Positions 37,354-47,019 of a DNA stretch of 64,000 nucleotides are shown piece after piece. The notes under the pieces are model-generated. The model did not search any database and was not told the origin of the DNA. It worked only from the letters and a program-made list of their open reading frames with translations. The stretch is taken from contig CAWCDG010000002.1 of the NCBI GenBank assembly GCA_963794325.1, positions 608,001 to 672,000 of the forward strand, given 5' to 3'. The number at the start of each line of letters is the position of its first letter. Position 1 is the stretch's first letter. The stretch comes from an uncultured delta proteobacterium (GTDB taxonomy: Bacteria; Desulfobacterota; Binatia; Binatales; Binataceae). The position numbers and the translations under genes are program-made.

Positions 37354-38235
37354 TCAAGTTTTCCTCTTCCCGCCTTTCTTCGGCGCGCGATTCTTCGAGC
37401 GCGGGTTTGATCCATAATCTCCGAATGGATCATCGCGCTCGCGGACTGCTTGCCGAAATCCCGCTGCTTGTGCGCGTGCAACGAAATCCAGGCCCTCCTG
37501 CGTGTGCCGCGCGATTCCGTCAAACAGCGAGCCGACCAGCCGCGACGTCGCCAGGCCCATGTTCTCGGCGGTGTGATTGCATAGCAGCTTAAGCATCTGG
37601 AGTTGATTCGTCGGCACCTGCGCCATCCGCTCGGCGAGCGAGGTCGCGCGCGCATCGAGTTCGGCGTCGGGCACCGCTTCGAGGATCAGTCCGATACGCG
37701 CGGCTTCGGGCGCGGGGATCTCATCGCCGGTAAGCAGGTAGCGCTTGGCGCGTTCCAGCCCCATCCGATAGACCCACATCGCGGTGGTCGGCGTGCCCCA
37801 CACGCGCGACGGCGGATAGCCGAACGAGGCGGACTCGCCCGCGACAATCAAGTCGGCGCACAGCGCCATGTCGGTGCCGCCCCCGATGCACCATCCGTGG
37901 ACGGCCGCGATAGTCGGTTTCTTCGCGTACCAGAGTTTCATGTACACGTTGACGTATTGCGAGATCATCCCGAAGTCGGCGACCGAGTCCCACACGCGCT
38001 TGCGCGCGGTCTCCCCGGCCTGCGCGCGAGTCGATCCCGCGAGTGCGTAGCCCGCGCAGAACGCGGGCCCCTCCGCGCGCAGCAGGATCACGTGGACGTC
38101 GTGGTCGGCGTCAGCGCGATCGATAGCGTCGGCAAGCTCGTCGCGCAGCTCGGGTGTGATCGTGTTGTACTCGGCGGCGCGCGTGAGCGTGATGATACCG
38201 ACGCCGTTGCGTGTCTCCGTGCGGAGCGTCTTCAT
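37354..38235 (-). CDS. Crotonase/enoyl-CoA hydratase family protein
   Basis: AFCAGY, KPTIAAVHGWCIGGG, GYPPSRVWG. Confidence 0.9.
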   Translation of the reverse strand: MKTLRTETRNGVGIITLTRAAEYNTITPELRDELADAIDRADADHDVHVILLRAEGPAFCAGYALAGSTRAQAGETARKRVWDSVADFGMISQYVNVYMKLWYAKKPTIAAVHGWCIGGGTDMALCADLIVAGESASFGYPPSRVWGTPTTAMWVYRMGLERAKRYLLTGDEIPAPEAARIGLILEAVPDAELDARATSLAERMAQVPTNQLQMLKLLCNHTAENMGLATSRLVGSLFDGIARHTQEGLDFVARAQAAGFRQAVRERDDPFGDYGSNPRSKNRAPKKGGKRKT

Positions 38236-38295
38236 GGGACTCGCATATAGCAGAGGACGAAGCGAAACAGGGAAGGGGAGATCACTTGATCTAAC

Positions 38296-38353
38296 GTGAA
38301 ACCCACCGTGGGTTTCACACTTCCTTGGGCAGGGGTGACCCCTGCACCCAGTG
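38296..38353 (+). repeat. REP-like family B
   Basis: GTGAAACCCACCGTGGGTTTCACACTTCCTT.GGCAGGGGTGACCCCTGCACCCAGTG. Confidence 0.85.
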
Positions 38354-38404
38354 ATAAGAAAAAGATGCGGGACTTCGTCCCTGTTAGAACTTGCTCGGTA
38401 AGAG

Positions 38405-39100
38405 TCAGGCGGCCTTCGATTTCTTCTGTACTGGCGGTGTCGTATTGCTCATCCGGCGCGACACTTCCTCGTCGCTCATCGCCCAGATGCGATCATCCGG
38501 CGGATAATCCATCAGCGGCTTCGACGGATCGGGCTTCGGCTGCGCGACCGTCCCGCCTTTCGATTCGAACTGCGAGGGATGCTTGTACTTCTCGACTTCC
38601 TCGGCGCTGATTCCGGCCAGCGCCTGCACTTCAGGATCGATCCACGACTCGGCGTCGATCGAGCCGCCGTCGGAGGTCGAAAATTCGAGCATGATTCCTT
38701 CCGGCGCCGCCAGGTAGATCGATTTGCAGAAACCATGATCGAGCGGGCCCATCACCCAATGCCCATGCGATCGGACGCGGTCGCGAATCGCCATCAGGTC
38801 GGCGGTGCTGTCGACGTTGAGCGCCAGATGCTGCATCGCGCCGGGCGCGACGTTCTGCGTGGTGTGCCCGGCGTGCGAGACGCCCTTGATCGGCTTGATC
38901 GTCGCGACCTCGGGATGCTGCACGAAGGCGATCGACGAGCTGTCGCTCAGCTTCATAAAGCCGTGGAAGGTGTTGTCGACACCATGCATCCAGTAGAGCG
39001 CGACCAACTCCATCCCGACGACCTCGGAGAAGTACTCGATCTGTTTCTTGATGTCCTTGGTGCAGATAGCGAGGTGATGGACTCCGTTGGGCAAACCCAT
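38405..39100 (-). CDS. VOC/glyoxalase family protein
   Basis: GVHHLAI, MQHLAL, DHGFCKSIY..PEGIMLE; start at ATG 39100. Confidence 0.88.
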   Translation of the reverse strand: MGLPNGVHHLAICTKDIKKQIEYFSEVVGMELVALYWMHGVDNTFHGFMKLSDSSSIAFVQHPEVATIKPIKGVSHAGHTTQNVAPGAMQHLALNVDSTADLMAIRDRVRSHGHWVMGPLDHGFCKSIYLAAPEGIMLEFSTSDGGSIDAESWIDPEVQALAGISAEEVEKYKHPSQFESKGGTVAQPKPDPSKPLMDYPPDDRIWAMSDEEVSRRMSNTTPPVQKKSKAA

Positions 39101-39164
39101 AATTCCGACCTCCGTGGTGACTGATTCTGTTTTGCCACAATGAGCGAAGGAAGGGAACTCTGTG

Positions 39165-39228
39165 ATAGTGGGGCGGGCCGCCGTGCCCGCCATCGACGCG
39201 CGGACGTCCGCGTCCGCGCTTACCAATG
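39165..39228 (+). repeat. REP-like family F (GTGGGGCGGGCCGCCGTGCCCGCC...)
   Basis: Reverse complement at 63481-63543; partner half at 63419-63441. Confidence 0.8.
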
Positions 39229-39235
39229 CACCCTC

Positions 39236-39349
39236 CGTCATCCTGAGCGCAGCGAAGGATCTCGCGCGTTAGCGCGTCTGCCCGCAGGCGCCGAACGTAA
39301 GAACGTCCGTCGAGATTCTTCACTGCGGCAGCCTTCGTTCAGAATGACG
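39236..39349 (-). repeat. REPIN-like doublet of family A (GTCATCCTGAGCGCAGCGAAGGATCT...AGATTCTTC..CAGAATGAC)
   Basis: Reverse complement of 46891-47001. Confidence 0.85.
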
Positions 39350-39371
39350 GAAAAAAGAAAGATGCGCTTCG

Positions 39372-40271
39372 CTAGCCAATAATCTTATTCAGCGGAAACT
39401 CCACGATTCCCACCGCGCCCGCTTCGAGCAGCTTCGGGAACAACTCGCGCACTGTCTGCTCCGCGATCACAGTCTCGACCGCCAGCCACTCGACGCCCTT
39501 GAGCGCGGCACTCGGGTATAGGTGCGAAATCGTCGGCGCGGTGATCGACGGCAGCAACGCAATCACTTTTTCCAGATTTTCCTTCGCCACGTTCATCTTG
39601 ATGCCGACGCGATTCTCGGCGTCGAGCGCGCCGCGAATCAGGATACCGAGTTGGCGAATCTTGGCCTGCTTCCACGGGTCGTTCCACGATGTGGGGTTGG
39701 CGACCAGCACTGGATTCGAGACGAGCAACTCCTCTACGATGCGCAGTCCGTTGGCGCGTAGCGACGATCCGGTCTCGGTTACGTCGATTGCCGCGTCGAT
39801 AATCCCTTCGGCGACCTTGGCCTCGGTCGCGCCCCACGAAAATTCAACCTCTGCTTTAACTTTGCGCTCGGCGAGGATTCGCTTGACGAACTGCACCAGC
39901 TCGGTCGCGATTCGCTTGCCCTGCAAATCTTCGAGCCGCTGGACCGGCGAGTCGTTGCGCACGCACAGCACCCATCGCGAGGGCGTCAGCGTCGCCTTCG
40001 CATAGATGAAGCTCTCGACCTGATGCAGCTTCACGTTGTTCTCGACGATCCAGTCGCTGCCTGTGATACCCGCGTCGAGCGATCCGTCGGCGATATACCG
40101 CGGCATCTCCTGCGGCCTCAGGATGCGGCAGCTTAGCGTCGGGTCGTCGATGGTCGGGATGTACGAGCGCGATCCAACTGTGATCCGCCAGCCGGACTTG
40201 CGCATCAGCTCGAGCGTTTGATCCTCGAGGCTTCCCTTCGGGATGCCGAATTTCAAAACCTGGTCAGCCAT
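39372..40271 (-). CDS. hisG: ATP phosphoribosyltransferase, long form
   Basis: IPKGSL, RPQEMP..DAGITGSDW, SWGATE, DVTETGSSL, C-terminal regulatory domain. Confidence 0.96.
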   Translation of the reverse strand: MADQVLKFGIPKGSLEDQTLELMRKSGWRITVGSRSYIPTIDDPTLSCRILRPQEMPRYIADGSLDAGITGSDWIVENNVKLHQVESFIYAKATLTPSRWVLCVRNDSPVQRLEDLQGKRIATELVQFVKRILAERKVKAEVEFSWGATEAKVAEGIIDAAIDVTETGSSLRANGLRIVEELLVSNPVLVANPTSWNDPWKQAKIRQLGILIRGALDAENRVGIKMNVAKENLEKVIALLPSITAPTISHLYPSAALKGVEWLAVETVIAEQTVRELFPKLLEAGAVGIVEFPLNKIIG

Positions 40272-40276
40272 ATCGA

Positions 40277-40717
40277 TCAGCCGGCCGACTTCTTCTGATG
40301 CCCGTAGTTGGGGCCGTACTTGGTGGGATCGACTTTGCGCTGATCGACGACCTTCCACGCGCCATCGTCGAGTTTGCGGAAAAAGCACGACTCGTAGCCC
40401 TCGTGGCATGCAGCCGCGTCGCCGCGCTGCTCGACCGCGATCACGATAGCGTCGGCGTCGCAGTCGATGCGAATCTCGTGCACGACTTGAAAATTTCCCG
40501 ACTCCTCGCCCTTGCGCCACAGCTTGTTGCGCGATCGTGAGAAGTAGCACGCGCGCCCGGTCGCAACCGTCTCGTCGAAGGCCTCGCGATTCATATAGGC
40601 AACCATCAGCACCCGATGGCTCAAATGATCGACCGCGATCGCGGCGACCACGCCGCCATTCTTGTCGAAATCAATTGCCGCCGATGCTGAATTGGTTTTC
40701 TGTGCCTGTGTCGCCAT
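40277..40717 (-). CDS. hisI: Phosphoribosyl-AMP cyclohydrolase
   Basis: [31 protein letters not shown]. Confidence 0.96.
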   Translation of the reverse strand: MATQAQKTNSASAAIDFDKNGGVVAAIAVDHLSHRVLMVAYMNREAFDETVATGRACYFSRSRNKLWRKGEESGNFQVVHEIRIDCDADAIVIAVEQRGDAAACHEGYESCFFRKLDDGAWKVVDQRKVDPTKYGPNYGHQKKSAG

Positions 40718-40907
40718 TACTGTCACCGCGCAAAAAATGCCTTTGTGAATCAAGAAGTATCGGCGAATCTCCTGTCCGATTCAATGCGGCTTCGTCTTTA
40801 CGACTTGCCCTGAATTGCCAGACGGTTTTTAATTAGAGACAAGACGTGTAGATTACGGAGCGATGTTAGACAACCGACCACGTTCCTTTGTTCGTTCGTC
40901 CTCAGCG

Positions 40908-41774
40908 ATGTATCCGCGCGCTTCATCCACAGTTTCGAAACTCCTGTACGTCGCCGCCCTCGTGTTGGCGACGGCGCTTGCCGCTTGCCACATTCCTGGA
41001 AAATCTATCGCGTCGAATTATAAAAACGTCGATCAGTTCAACTTCGATGTCGCCCAAGGGCCCAAGAATTATCACATAGAAGGATACCTGACGCGCAGCG
41101 CCGAGCTGGGCAAGCGGCCCGGACTGCTGGTCCTCAATGGCGGCGAGGGCAACGTCGATCGATGCGTCCAGATGAGCCAGGGAATCGCCGCGATGGGTAT
41201 CCAGGTCGCCTGCGTGAGTATTCCCGGCTACGGCAATTCGTCGGGACCCAGCCGCTTCGTTGGACAGCCGTCGGTGCTGGCCTCGCGCAAGGCATTGGAC
41301 ATGCTCGCAGGGCGTACCGACGTCGATTCGTCGCGGCTCGCAGTCTGGGGACTCGGGCACGGCGCACTCGCCGCGGGATTGCTGATGGACTACGACTCGC
41401 GTCCGCGCGCACTCATCCTCGAATCCGGATGCTACGATCCGCTGACGCTGTGGCCTGAAGCGCCGCTGCGCACCAAGCTGTCGATCCTGCGCGAAGTATG
41501 GCCGAGCAAGCGCATCCTGAAAGAGCGCAGCGTGATTGCGCATCTGCCGCCGAGGCTCGATGTCAGCGTGCTAATCATGCACGGCGAGCAGGACAATCGG
41601 ATGCCTGTCGGACAGGCGGTGAAGCTCGCCGGCGCATTGCGCGCTCACGGCGCGAAAGTCGAAACCCTGTACTTCCCGGCGGCGTCGCACGATCTCGGCA
41701 AACGCGTCGAGCCCGAACTGCGTGCATTCCTGCGCGACAATCTGCTCGGCACAACCAGCGCCGCCGCCTCGTAG
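40908..41774 (+). CDS. Alpha/beta-hydrolase (peptidase S9-like) fold lipoprotein lacking the nucleophile Ser
   Basis: Lipobox LAAC; PGYGNSSG; elbow reads WGLGHGA; HGEQD and ASH retained. Confidence 0.75.
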   Translation: MYPRASSTVSKLLYVAALVLATALAACHIPGKSIASNYKNVDQFNFDVAQGPKNYHIEGYLTRSAELGKRPGLLVLNGGEGNVDRCVQMSQGIAAMGIQVACVSIPGYGNSSGPSRFVGQPSVLASRKALDMLAGRTDVDSSRLAVWGLGHGALAAGLLMDYDSRPRALILESGCYDPLTLWPEAPLRTKLSILREVWPSKRILKERSVIAHLPPRLDVSVLIMHGEQDNRMPVGQAVKLAGALRAHGAKVETLYFPAASHDLGKRVEPELRAFLRDNLLGTTSAAAS

Positions 41775-41802
41775 AAAGCACGGGAAAATTCACTTTATTA
41801 AA

Positions 41803-41860
41803 TGTGAAACCCGCGGTGGTTTCACACTTCCTTCGGCAGGGGTGACCCCTGCACCCAGTG
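41803..41860 (+). repeat. REP-like family B
   Basis: Same palindrome plus hairpin as 38296. Confidence 0.85.
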
Positions 41861-41936
41861 AAAAGTGAAATCGCAAAACGGCGAGGACGCCATTTTGCTC
41901 TAAAGTTCGTTTGGGGGAGGGCGGCGCCTCTGCCTC

Positions 41937-42043
41937 TGTTCCCCCTTTCCGCATCGGAAAGGGGGTGAGGGGGATAGGACGACGCGATCCGACGAAACCC
42001 TTCCGGTTCCCCTTCCCACTATGGGAAGGGGTTAGGGGTTAGG
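41937..42043 (-). repeat. Family C hairpins
   Basis: CCGGTTCCCCTTCCCACTATGGGAAGGGGTTAGGGGTTAGG. Confidence 0.8.
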
Positions 42044-42076
42044 TCGCCGGCATCGACCACCACTCCCGTTGCCGAG

Positions 42077-42616
42077 CTACGCGATCTCCTTCAGCGCCTC
42101 GATCACTTCCTCGGTGTGGCCGTTCACCTTGACCTTCGGGAACACCCGCCGCACGACGCCCGCTTTGTCGATGATGAACGTGGTGCGCTCGATACCCATG
42201 AACTCGCGGCCGTAGAGCGATTTCATTTTGTACACGCCGTACAGCTTGCAGACCTTGTTGCCGGGATCCGCGAGCAGCGGGAAGTTGAGATCGTGCTTGG
42301 CGATGAACTTGCCGTGAGAGTCGGTCGAGTCGCCGCTGATGCCGACGACCTTCGCGCCGATCTTTTTGATCGGCGCAAGGTTGTCGCGGAAGCTGCACGC
42401 CTCGATCGTGCATCCCGGCGTCATGTCCTTGGGATAGAAGTAGAGCACGAGGTTGTTCGCGCCGATGAGCTGCTTCAGCGCGACCGATTTCCCGTCAGCA
42501 TCGAACAGCTCGAAGGCCGGCGCTGTTTTTCCTTCGAGCGCAGCGCTGGCGCTCTTCGCCGTCGCGGTTACGGGCTTCTTCATGATTTTGGGGCCAAGCT
42601 TTTTGGATGTCGGCAT
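42077..42616 (-). CDS. bcp: Peroxiredoxin Bcp/PrxQ
   Basis: LYFYPKDMTPGCTIEAC; GIERTTFII. Confidence 0.93.
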   Translation of the reverse strand: MPTSKKLGPKIMKKPVTATAKSASAALEGKTAPAFELFDADGKSVALKQLIGANNLVLYFYPKDMTPGCTIEACSFRDNLAPIKKIGAKVVGISGDSTDSHGKFIAKHDLNFPLLADPGNKVCKLYGVYKMKSLYGREFMGIERTTFIIDKAGVVRRVFPKVKVNGHTEEVIEALKEIA

Positions 42617-42804
42617 GAACGTGATTTAATCGCGCCCGCTGGTTGTCGCAACCCGGACACTCTGCCGCGGCGCACTCAAGGTATTCTGAAAATCACGAAA
42701 CCCCCATTTTATAAGGGTTTCGTGGCCCCTAGTTGACGAGGTGGCAGCCACCCCTTAGACTTGGCGGGCTGACAGTCCTCAATTTGAATCGCCCCCGCGT
42801 CCCT

Positions 42805-43839
42805 ATGGCCGTTTACACCGAGCTAAGCAAACCGTTTCTCAAAGAGTTGGCGGACGACTACGGTCTCGGCCGCGTGACCAGCGCGACTGGAATCCCCGAG
42901 GGCTCGGTTAACTCCAACTACGTGCTCGAAGCGGCCAAGGGCAAGTTCCTGCTGCGGATCGACGAGGTCAAAGGCGAGAACGAGCTGAAGCGCGAAATCG
43001 ATTTGCTGTCGTTCCTGCGCAAGCACGCGTTCCCATGCCCGCATCCGATGCAGGATCGGACGGGCCGCTTCTATCGCAATTTCAATAATCGCTGTGTCTC
43101 GTTGTTCAAGTACCAGGAAGGCAAGGTGCTCGCGCCTGCGCGGATGAAGCCGAGCCAGCTCGAGACGATCGGCCACGCGCTTGGCGACCTGCACGTGATT
43201 GGCAAGGCTTACAAAAAGGGAATCGACAACCGTTTTAGCTTCGAGCGAATCGCCGACCTCTATCTGACGGTGCGCAACCGGCTGCCGAACTACTTCCGCA
43301 AAATCTGCCGCACGCTCGACGACGAGGTCGAGTACCTGACGCGCTACCTCGAGGGCAAGCTGCCCAAGGGCGTAATCCACGGCGATATCTTTTCGGACAA
43401 TCTGCTGTTTCGCGGCGAGAAGTTGACCGCGATGCTTGATTTCGACGCGGCGTGCCGCGGCAAATTTATTTTCGATATCGCGACTGCGGTCAACGCGCTG
43501 TGCTTCGTCGATGGCAGCTACTCGCTCGACCGGTTCCGCTACCTGCTGTCGGGCTACGAATCGGTGCGGACGCTGTCGCTCGCCGAATGGGACGCGTTTC
43601 CCAACGAGCTGCGATTTTCGTCGCTGCGCTTCACCGTGACCCGGCTGCATGATTTCTTTCTGACCCCGATCGACGGCAAGAATCGCGTGGACAAGGACTT
43701 CCGCGAGTTCTTCGATCGCCTGCGCGTGCTGCGCCGCGAGCGTGAGGGCGGGATGGAACCGCTGCTGATGGCGATGGCGACCGGATACGACTACCGCAAA
43801 TATCAGAAGGTCAAAGCGACCGAACGCCGCCAGGCTTGA
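42805..43839 (+). CDS. thrB: Homoserine kinase, type II (APH-like)
   Basis: MAVYT start, EGSVNSNY, LPKGVIHGDIFSDN, LDF, LRFTVTRLHD. Confidence 0.85.
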   Translation: MAVYTELSKPFLKELADDYGLGRVTSATGIPEGSVNSNYVLEAAKGKFLLRIDEVKGENELKREIDLLSFLRKHAFPCPHPMQDRTGRFYRNFNNRCVSLFKYQEGKVLAPARMKPSQLETIGHALGDLHVIGKAYKKGIDNRFSFERIADLYLTVRNRLPNYFRKICRTLDDEVEYLTRYLEGKLPKGVIHGDIFSDNLLFRGEKLTAMLDFDAACRGKFIFDIATAVNALCFVDGSYSLDRFRYLLSGYESVRTLSLAEWDAFPNELRFSSLRFTVTRLHDFFLTPIDGKNRVDKDFREFFDRLRVLRREREGGMEPLLMAMATGYDYRKYQKVKATERRQA

Positions 43840-43877
43840 CGCCGGCATCCTGACCTTCGCGTCCGCGGAGAAATCCG

Positions 43878-44780
43878 TTGCCCTCAATCCTCGACAGCCT
43901 GAACGCATCGACGCCCGCGCTATGGCTCGAGGTTTCTCCGCCGCGCGGAATCAATCCGGCGCCGCTGCTCAAACGCCTCGGCGAGCTGGCCGGGCACGTT
44001 GATGCGATCAACCTGACCGACAACGCACTTGGAAAAGTGAAAATGTCGGGGCTGGTTTTCGGCGCCGCTATCAAGGATCGCTTAAAAATTCCGGTCGTGC
44101 TGAACGTCTCGTGTCGCGATCGCAACCGCTTCGCGCTCAAATCGGATCTGCTGGGCGCTGCCGCGATTGGAATCGACGCAGTGGTCGCGCTGAACGGCGA
44201 CAAGATTCCGCCGGGGGCCGATGGCGCCGCGATCGTCTCGCACGATATCGACGCGTACGGACTGCTCGCGATTGTCGGCGCATTGAATCGGGGCGATACC
44301 GGCGAGGGCAAGGCGCTGTTGAAGGCGATCCCGTCGATCGTCGCGGGATCGGTCGCGAATCCAAATCGAAAAAATATCGACCGCGAATTCGAATTGCTCG
44401 AACGCAAGGCCGCGGCCGGTGCGAAGTTCGTGATCACCCAGCCGGTGTTTGATGCGGAGACTGGACGCCGCTTCGTCGCGAAGGCGAACAGCCTCGGAAT
44501 CAGGACGATGCTCGGAATTCTGCCGGTCAAGCGCGAGGCGATGGCGAATTACCTGATCGACCGCGTCAAGGACCTCAGCGGCGCCCGGAGCCATCTGGAC
44601 AGATTCGCCGGGATGAGCGAAGAAGAGGTGCGCGCGATGTCGATCCGCGAGAACCTGGCGCTGATGAAGTCGTTGGCTCGCGACGCCAGTGGGTTCATCA
44701 TCATGAGCGGTGGCGGCCCGTCGCTCGCAATCGAGCTGGCGCTTCAGTTCAGCCGCTGGCGCAAGGAGATCGGTAAATGA
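43878..44780 (+). CDS. metF: Methylenetetrahydrofolate reductase family protein
   Basis: [37 protein letters not shown]. Confidence 0.85.
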   Translation: MPSILDSLNASTPALWLEVSPPRGINPAPLLKRLGELAGHVDAINLTDNALGKVKMSGLVFGAAIKDRLKIPVVLNVSCRDRNRFALKSDLLGAAAIGIDAVVALNGDKIPPGADGAAIVSHDIDAYGLLAIVGALNRGDTGEGKALLKAIPSIVAGSVANPNRKNIDREFELLERKAAAGAKFVITQPVFDAETGRRFVAKANSLGIRTMLGILPVKREAMANYLIDRVKDLSGARSHLDRFAGMSEEEVRAMSIRENLALMKSLARDASGFIIMSGGGPSLAIELALQFSRWRKEIGK

Positions 44781-45406
44781 ACCGTACCCATGCAAATGGT
44801 TCACGATCGAAAGTCGGCGCCGACAAGAACGGCGCGACGGGTACCGCCAAGGTCGAAGACGCGGTCCGCGTCATCCTGCGGCATATCGGCGAAGATCCGG
44901 ATCGCGAAGGCCTCGAGCGCACGCCTGCCCGCGTCGCCAGGGCTTACGAGTTTCTGACCAGCGGCTACGCCAAGGATCCGAAGGAAGCGATCAACGGCGC
45001 GCTGTTCTCCGAGGAAGACTACCAGGAGATGATCCTGTGCAAGGATTTGGATTTCTACTCCTTGTGCGAGCATCACCTGCTGCCGTTTATGGGCAAGGCG
45101 CACGTCGCGTATCTGCCCAATCGCAAGATCGTCGGAATCTCGAAGCTGGCGCGGATGGTCGAGATCTACGCACGGCGCCTGCAAGTGCAGGAACGGCTGA
45201 CCACGCAAATCGCGCAGACTCTAATGTCGGAGATCGATCCGCTCGGCGTCGCCGTGGTCCTCGAGGCCGAGCATCTATGCATGCGGATGCGCGGAGTCGA
45301 GAAGCAGAACTCCTACGTCACGACGTCCGCGATGCTGGGCGTGTTCCGCACCAACACCGAAACGCGCCAGGAGTTCATGCAACTACTGCGCAACGGCAAG
45401 CCGTAA
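44777..45406 (+). CDS. folE: GTP cyclohydrolase I
   Basis: [39 protein letters not shown]. Confidence 0.97.
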   Translation: MNRTHANGSRSKVGADKNGATGTAKVEDAVRVILRHIGEDPDREGLERTPARVARAYEFLTSGYAKDPKEAINGALFSEEDYQEMILCKDLDFYSLCEHHLLPFMGKAHVAYLPNRKIVGISKLARMVEIYARRLQVQERLTTQIAQTLMSEIDPLGVAVVLEAEHLCMRMRGVEKQNSYVTTSAMLGVFRTNTETRQEFMQLLRNGKP

Positions 45407-45472
45407 ATGCGTCGCGAGTTTCGCTTTTTTTCGAGGGAACAGGGCTGATTTGCTGTACTTTTTAGGCGAAAA

Positions 45473-45488
45473 TGTTTCACGTGAAACG
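45473..45488. other. parS-like centromere site
   Basis: TGTTTCACGTGAAACG, 15/16 match to the parS consensus TGTTTCACGTGAAACA; intergenic. Confidence 0.75.
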
Positions 45489-45549
45489 TTTTTGGCAGTT
45501 TAGTTCAGGAGAACGAAACGCGAATCTGGTGGAGTGCGGTATCGAGCAC

Positions 45550-45942
45550 TCAGGTCTTCAGCACACGAAGGCCAAGATGGCGCTCGAAGGGATCGAAGTC
45601 GCGGTCGCAATGAAGAAGCTCATGGCCCTCGGCGATGCAGAACGTAGCGATGATCGTATCAATGGTATTCCGGGGAGTAATGCCGCGTGCTCGGAGTGTG
45701 CGATGGTTGCGTGCAGCAGCAGTTGCTATCTCGCGACTGCCCATAGGACGAAATTCGAGCAGCGCGAGAGCTCCCGCTACGCGCTGAAAATCAGTTTCGG
45801 ACGCGAAGCCTTGCAGCACTTCCGTCATGATAAGGTCGCCGATAAGGATCCGTGCGTTGAGTATTCGGTCGAGAGCGTCGGTCTGGTCGGTAATGCGCCC
45901 GTTGAAATAGTCGACCCAGACCGAAGAGTCGACCACAGTCAT
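45550..45942 (-). CDS. vapC: PIN domain toxin VapC
   Basis: VDSSVW, TEVLQG, TIDTIIA, DRDF. Confidence 0.92.
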   Translation of the reverse strand: MTVVDSSVWVDYFNGRITDQTDALDRILNARILIGDLIMTEVLQGFASETDFQRVAGALALLEFRPMGSREIATAAARNHRTLRARGITPRNTIDTIIATFCIAEGHELLHCDRDFDPFERHLGLRVLKT

Positions 45943-46148
45943 CTCCGCGGTTTGCGGTCACGGCGCATAGCTTTCAGATCGCCCTCCCAATGGACCTTGC
46001 CGCGCAGGGATCGTATGGCCTTTTCCTGTTCCTCCAAGCGCACCATCAATTCGAGCCCTCGCTCGACTGTCTCGCGTTTAGTGGTCGCGCCCGATACGCG
46101 CATCGCGCGCTTCATCAATTGGTCGTCAATTACTATATTTGTCCGCAT
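45939..46148 (-). CDS. vapB: VapB-type antitoxin
   Basis: MRTNIVIDDQLM..TKRETVERGL..WEGDL; overlaps the vapC start. Confidence 0.9.
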   Translation of the reverse strand: MRTNIVIDDQLMKRAMRVSGATTKRETVERGLELMVRLEEQEKAIRSLRGKVHWEGDLKAMRRDRKPRR

Positions 46149-46205
46149 CGGTAATCACCCGATGTGTATCGTAGCCCTGCGTGATACACACTGCAAGGTT
46201 CTACA

Positions 46206-46883
46206 GTGATGGCTGCTGACGACGCATCGCTGGAGGCGCTGGGAAAGTATGCGCTGCGCTTTGTTAAGCCGGGGCATACGATTGGGCTGGGGACGGGGAG
46301 GGCGGCTAGTGCGTTCATCCGGGCGCTGGGAGCCAGCGGGATCAGCGTTCGCGGAGTGCCTACTTCGAGCCCCGCCGAAGACTTGGCGCGCTCGGTGGAG
46401 ATTCCGATCGTCACGCTGGCGGAGGCGGGGAAAATCGATACCGACTTCGACGGCGCTGACGAGGTCGATCCGCGGCTCAATCTGATCAAGGGATATGGCG
46501 GCGCGCTGGTGCGCGAGAAAATCGTGGCTGCATCGTCGCGGCGGTTCGTCGTGCTCGTGGGTTACGAGAAGATTGTGAAGCGGCTCGGAGAGCGGGGGAG
46601 TATCCCGGTCGAGGTGGTCCCGTTCGGCGTGCCGCTGGTGAGCGCGAAGATCAAAGCGCTCGGGATGAAACCGCGCGTTCGCGAAAATAATGGACAGCAG
46701 TTCGTCACGGACAACGGGAACGTGATTCTCGATTGTGCCGTGAAGAAGACTACGAATCCGGCGCGCCTGGATCGCGATCTGCGCGCGATTCCTGGCGTGG
46801 TCGGCACCGGGTTGTTCATTGCGATGGCGGACGTGGTGCTGGTGGCGGAAGCATCGGGGAAGATTCGCGTCCTCAAGCGTTAA
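46206..46883 (+). CDS. rpiA: Ribose-5-phosphate isomerase A
   Basis: GLGTG, DGADEVD, KGYGGALVREK, TDNGN, PGVVGTGLF. Confidence 0.95.
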   Translation: MMAADDASLEALGKYALRFVKPGHTIGLGTGRAASAFIRALGASGISVRGVPTSSPAEDLARSVEIPIVTLAEAGKIDTDFDGADEVDPRLNLIKGYGGALVREKIVAASSRRFVVLVGYEKIVKRLGERGSIPVEVVPFGVPLVSAKIKALGMKPRVRENNGQQFVTDNGNVILDCAVKKTTNPARLDRDLRAIPGVVGTGLFIAMADVVLVAEASGKIRVLKR

Positions 46884-46890
46884 CCATGCC

Positions 46891-47001
46891 CGTCATTCTG
46901 AGCGAAAGTTGCTGTAGCGAAGAATCTCGATGGACGTTCCTGCGTCCGGCGCCTGCCGGTACGCGCTGCGCGCGAGATCCTTCGCTGCGCTCAGGATGAC
47001 G
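46891..47001 (+). repeat. REPIN-like doublet of family A
   Basis: GTCATTCTGAGCG...CGCTCAGGATGAC terminal inverted arms. Confidence 0.85.
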
Positions 47002-47019
47002 GAAGAGAGCCGCGCTGCA

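Noticed and set aside
38296-38320. GTGAAAC..GTTTCAC palindrome as a CRP/FNR box or parS
   Set aside because: Spacing and half-site order do not fit; it is part of repeat family B
45472-46209. 245-aa plus-strand ORF
   Set aside because: Antisense shadow of vapBC; its start is merely the parS-like palindrome
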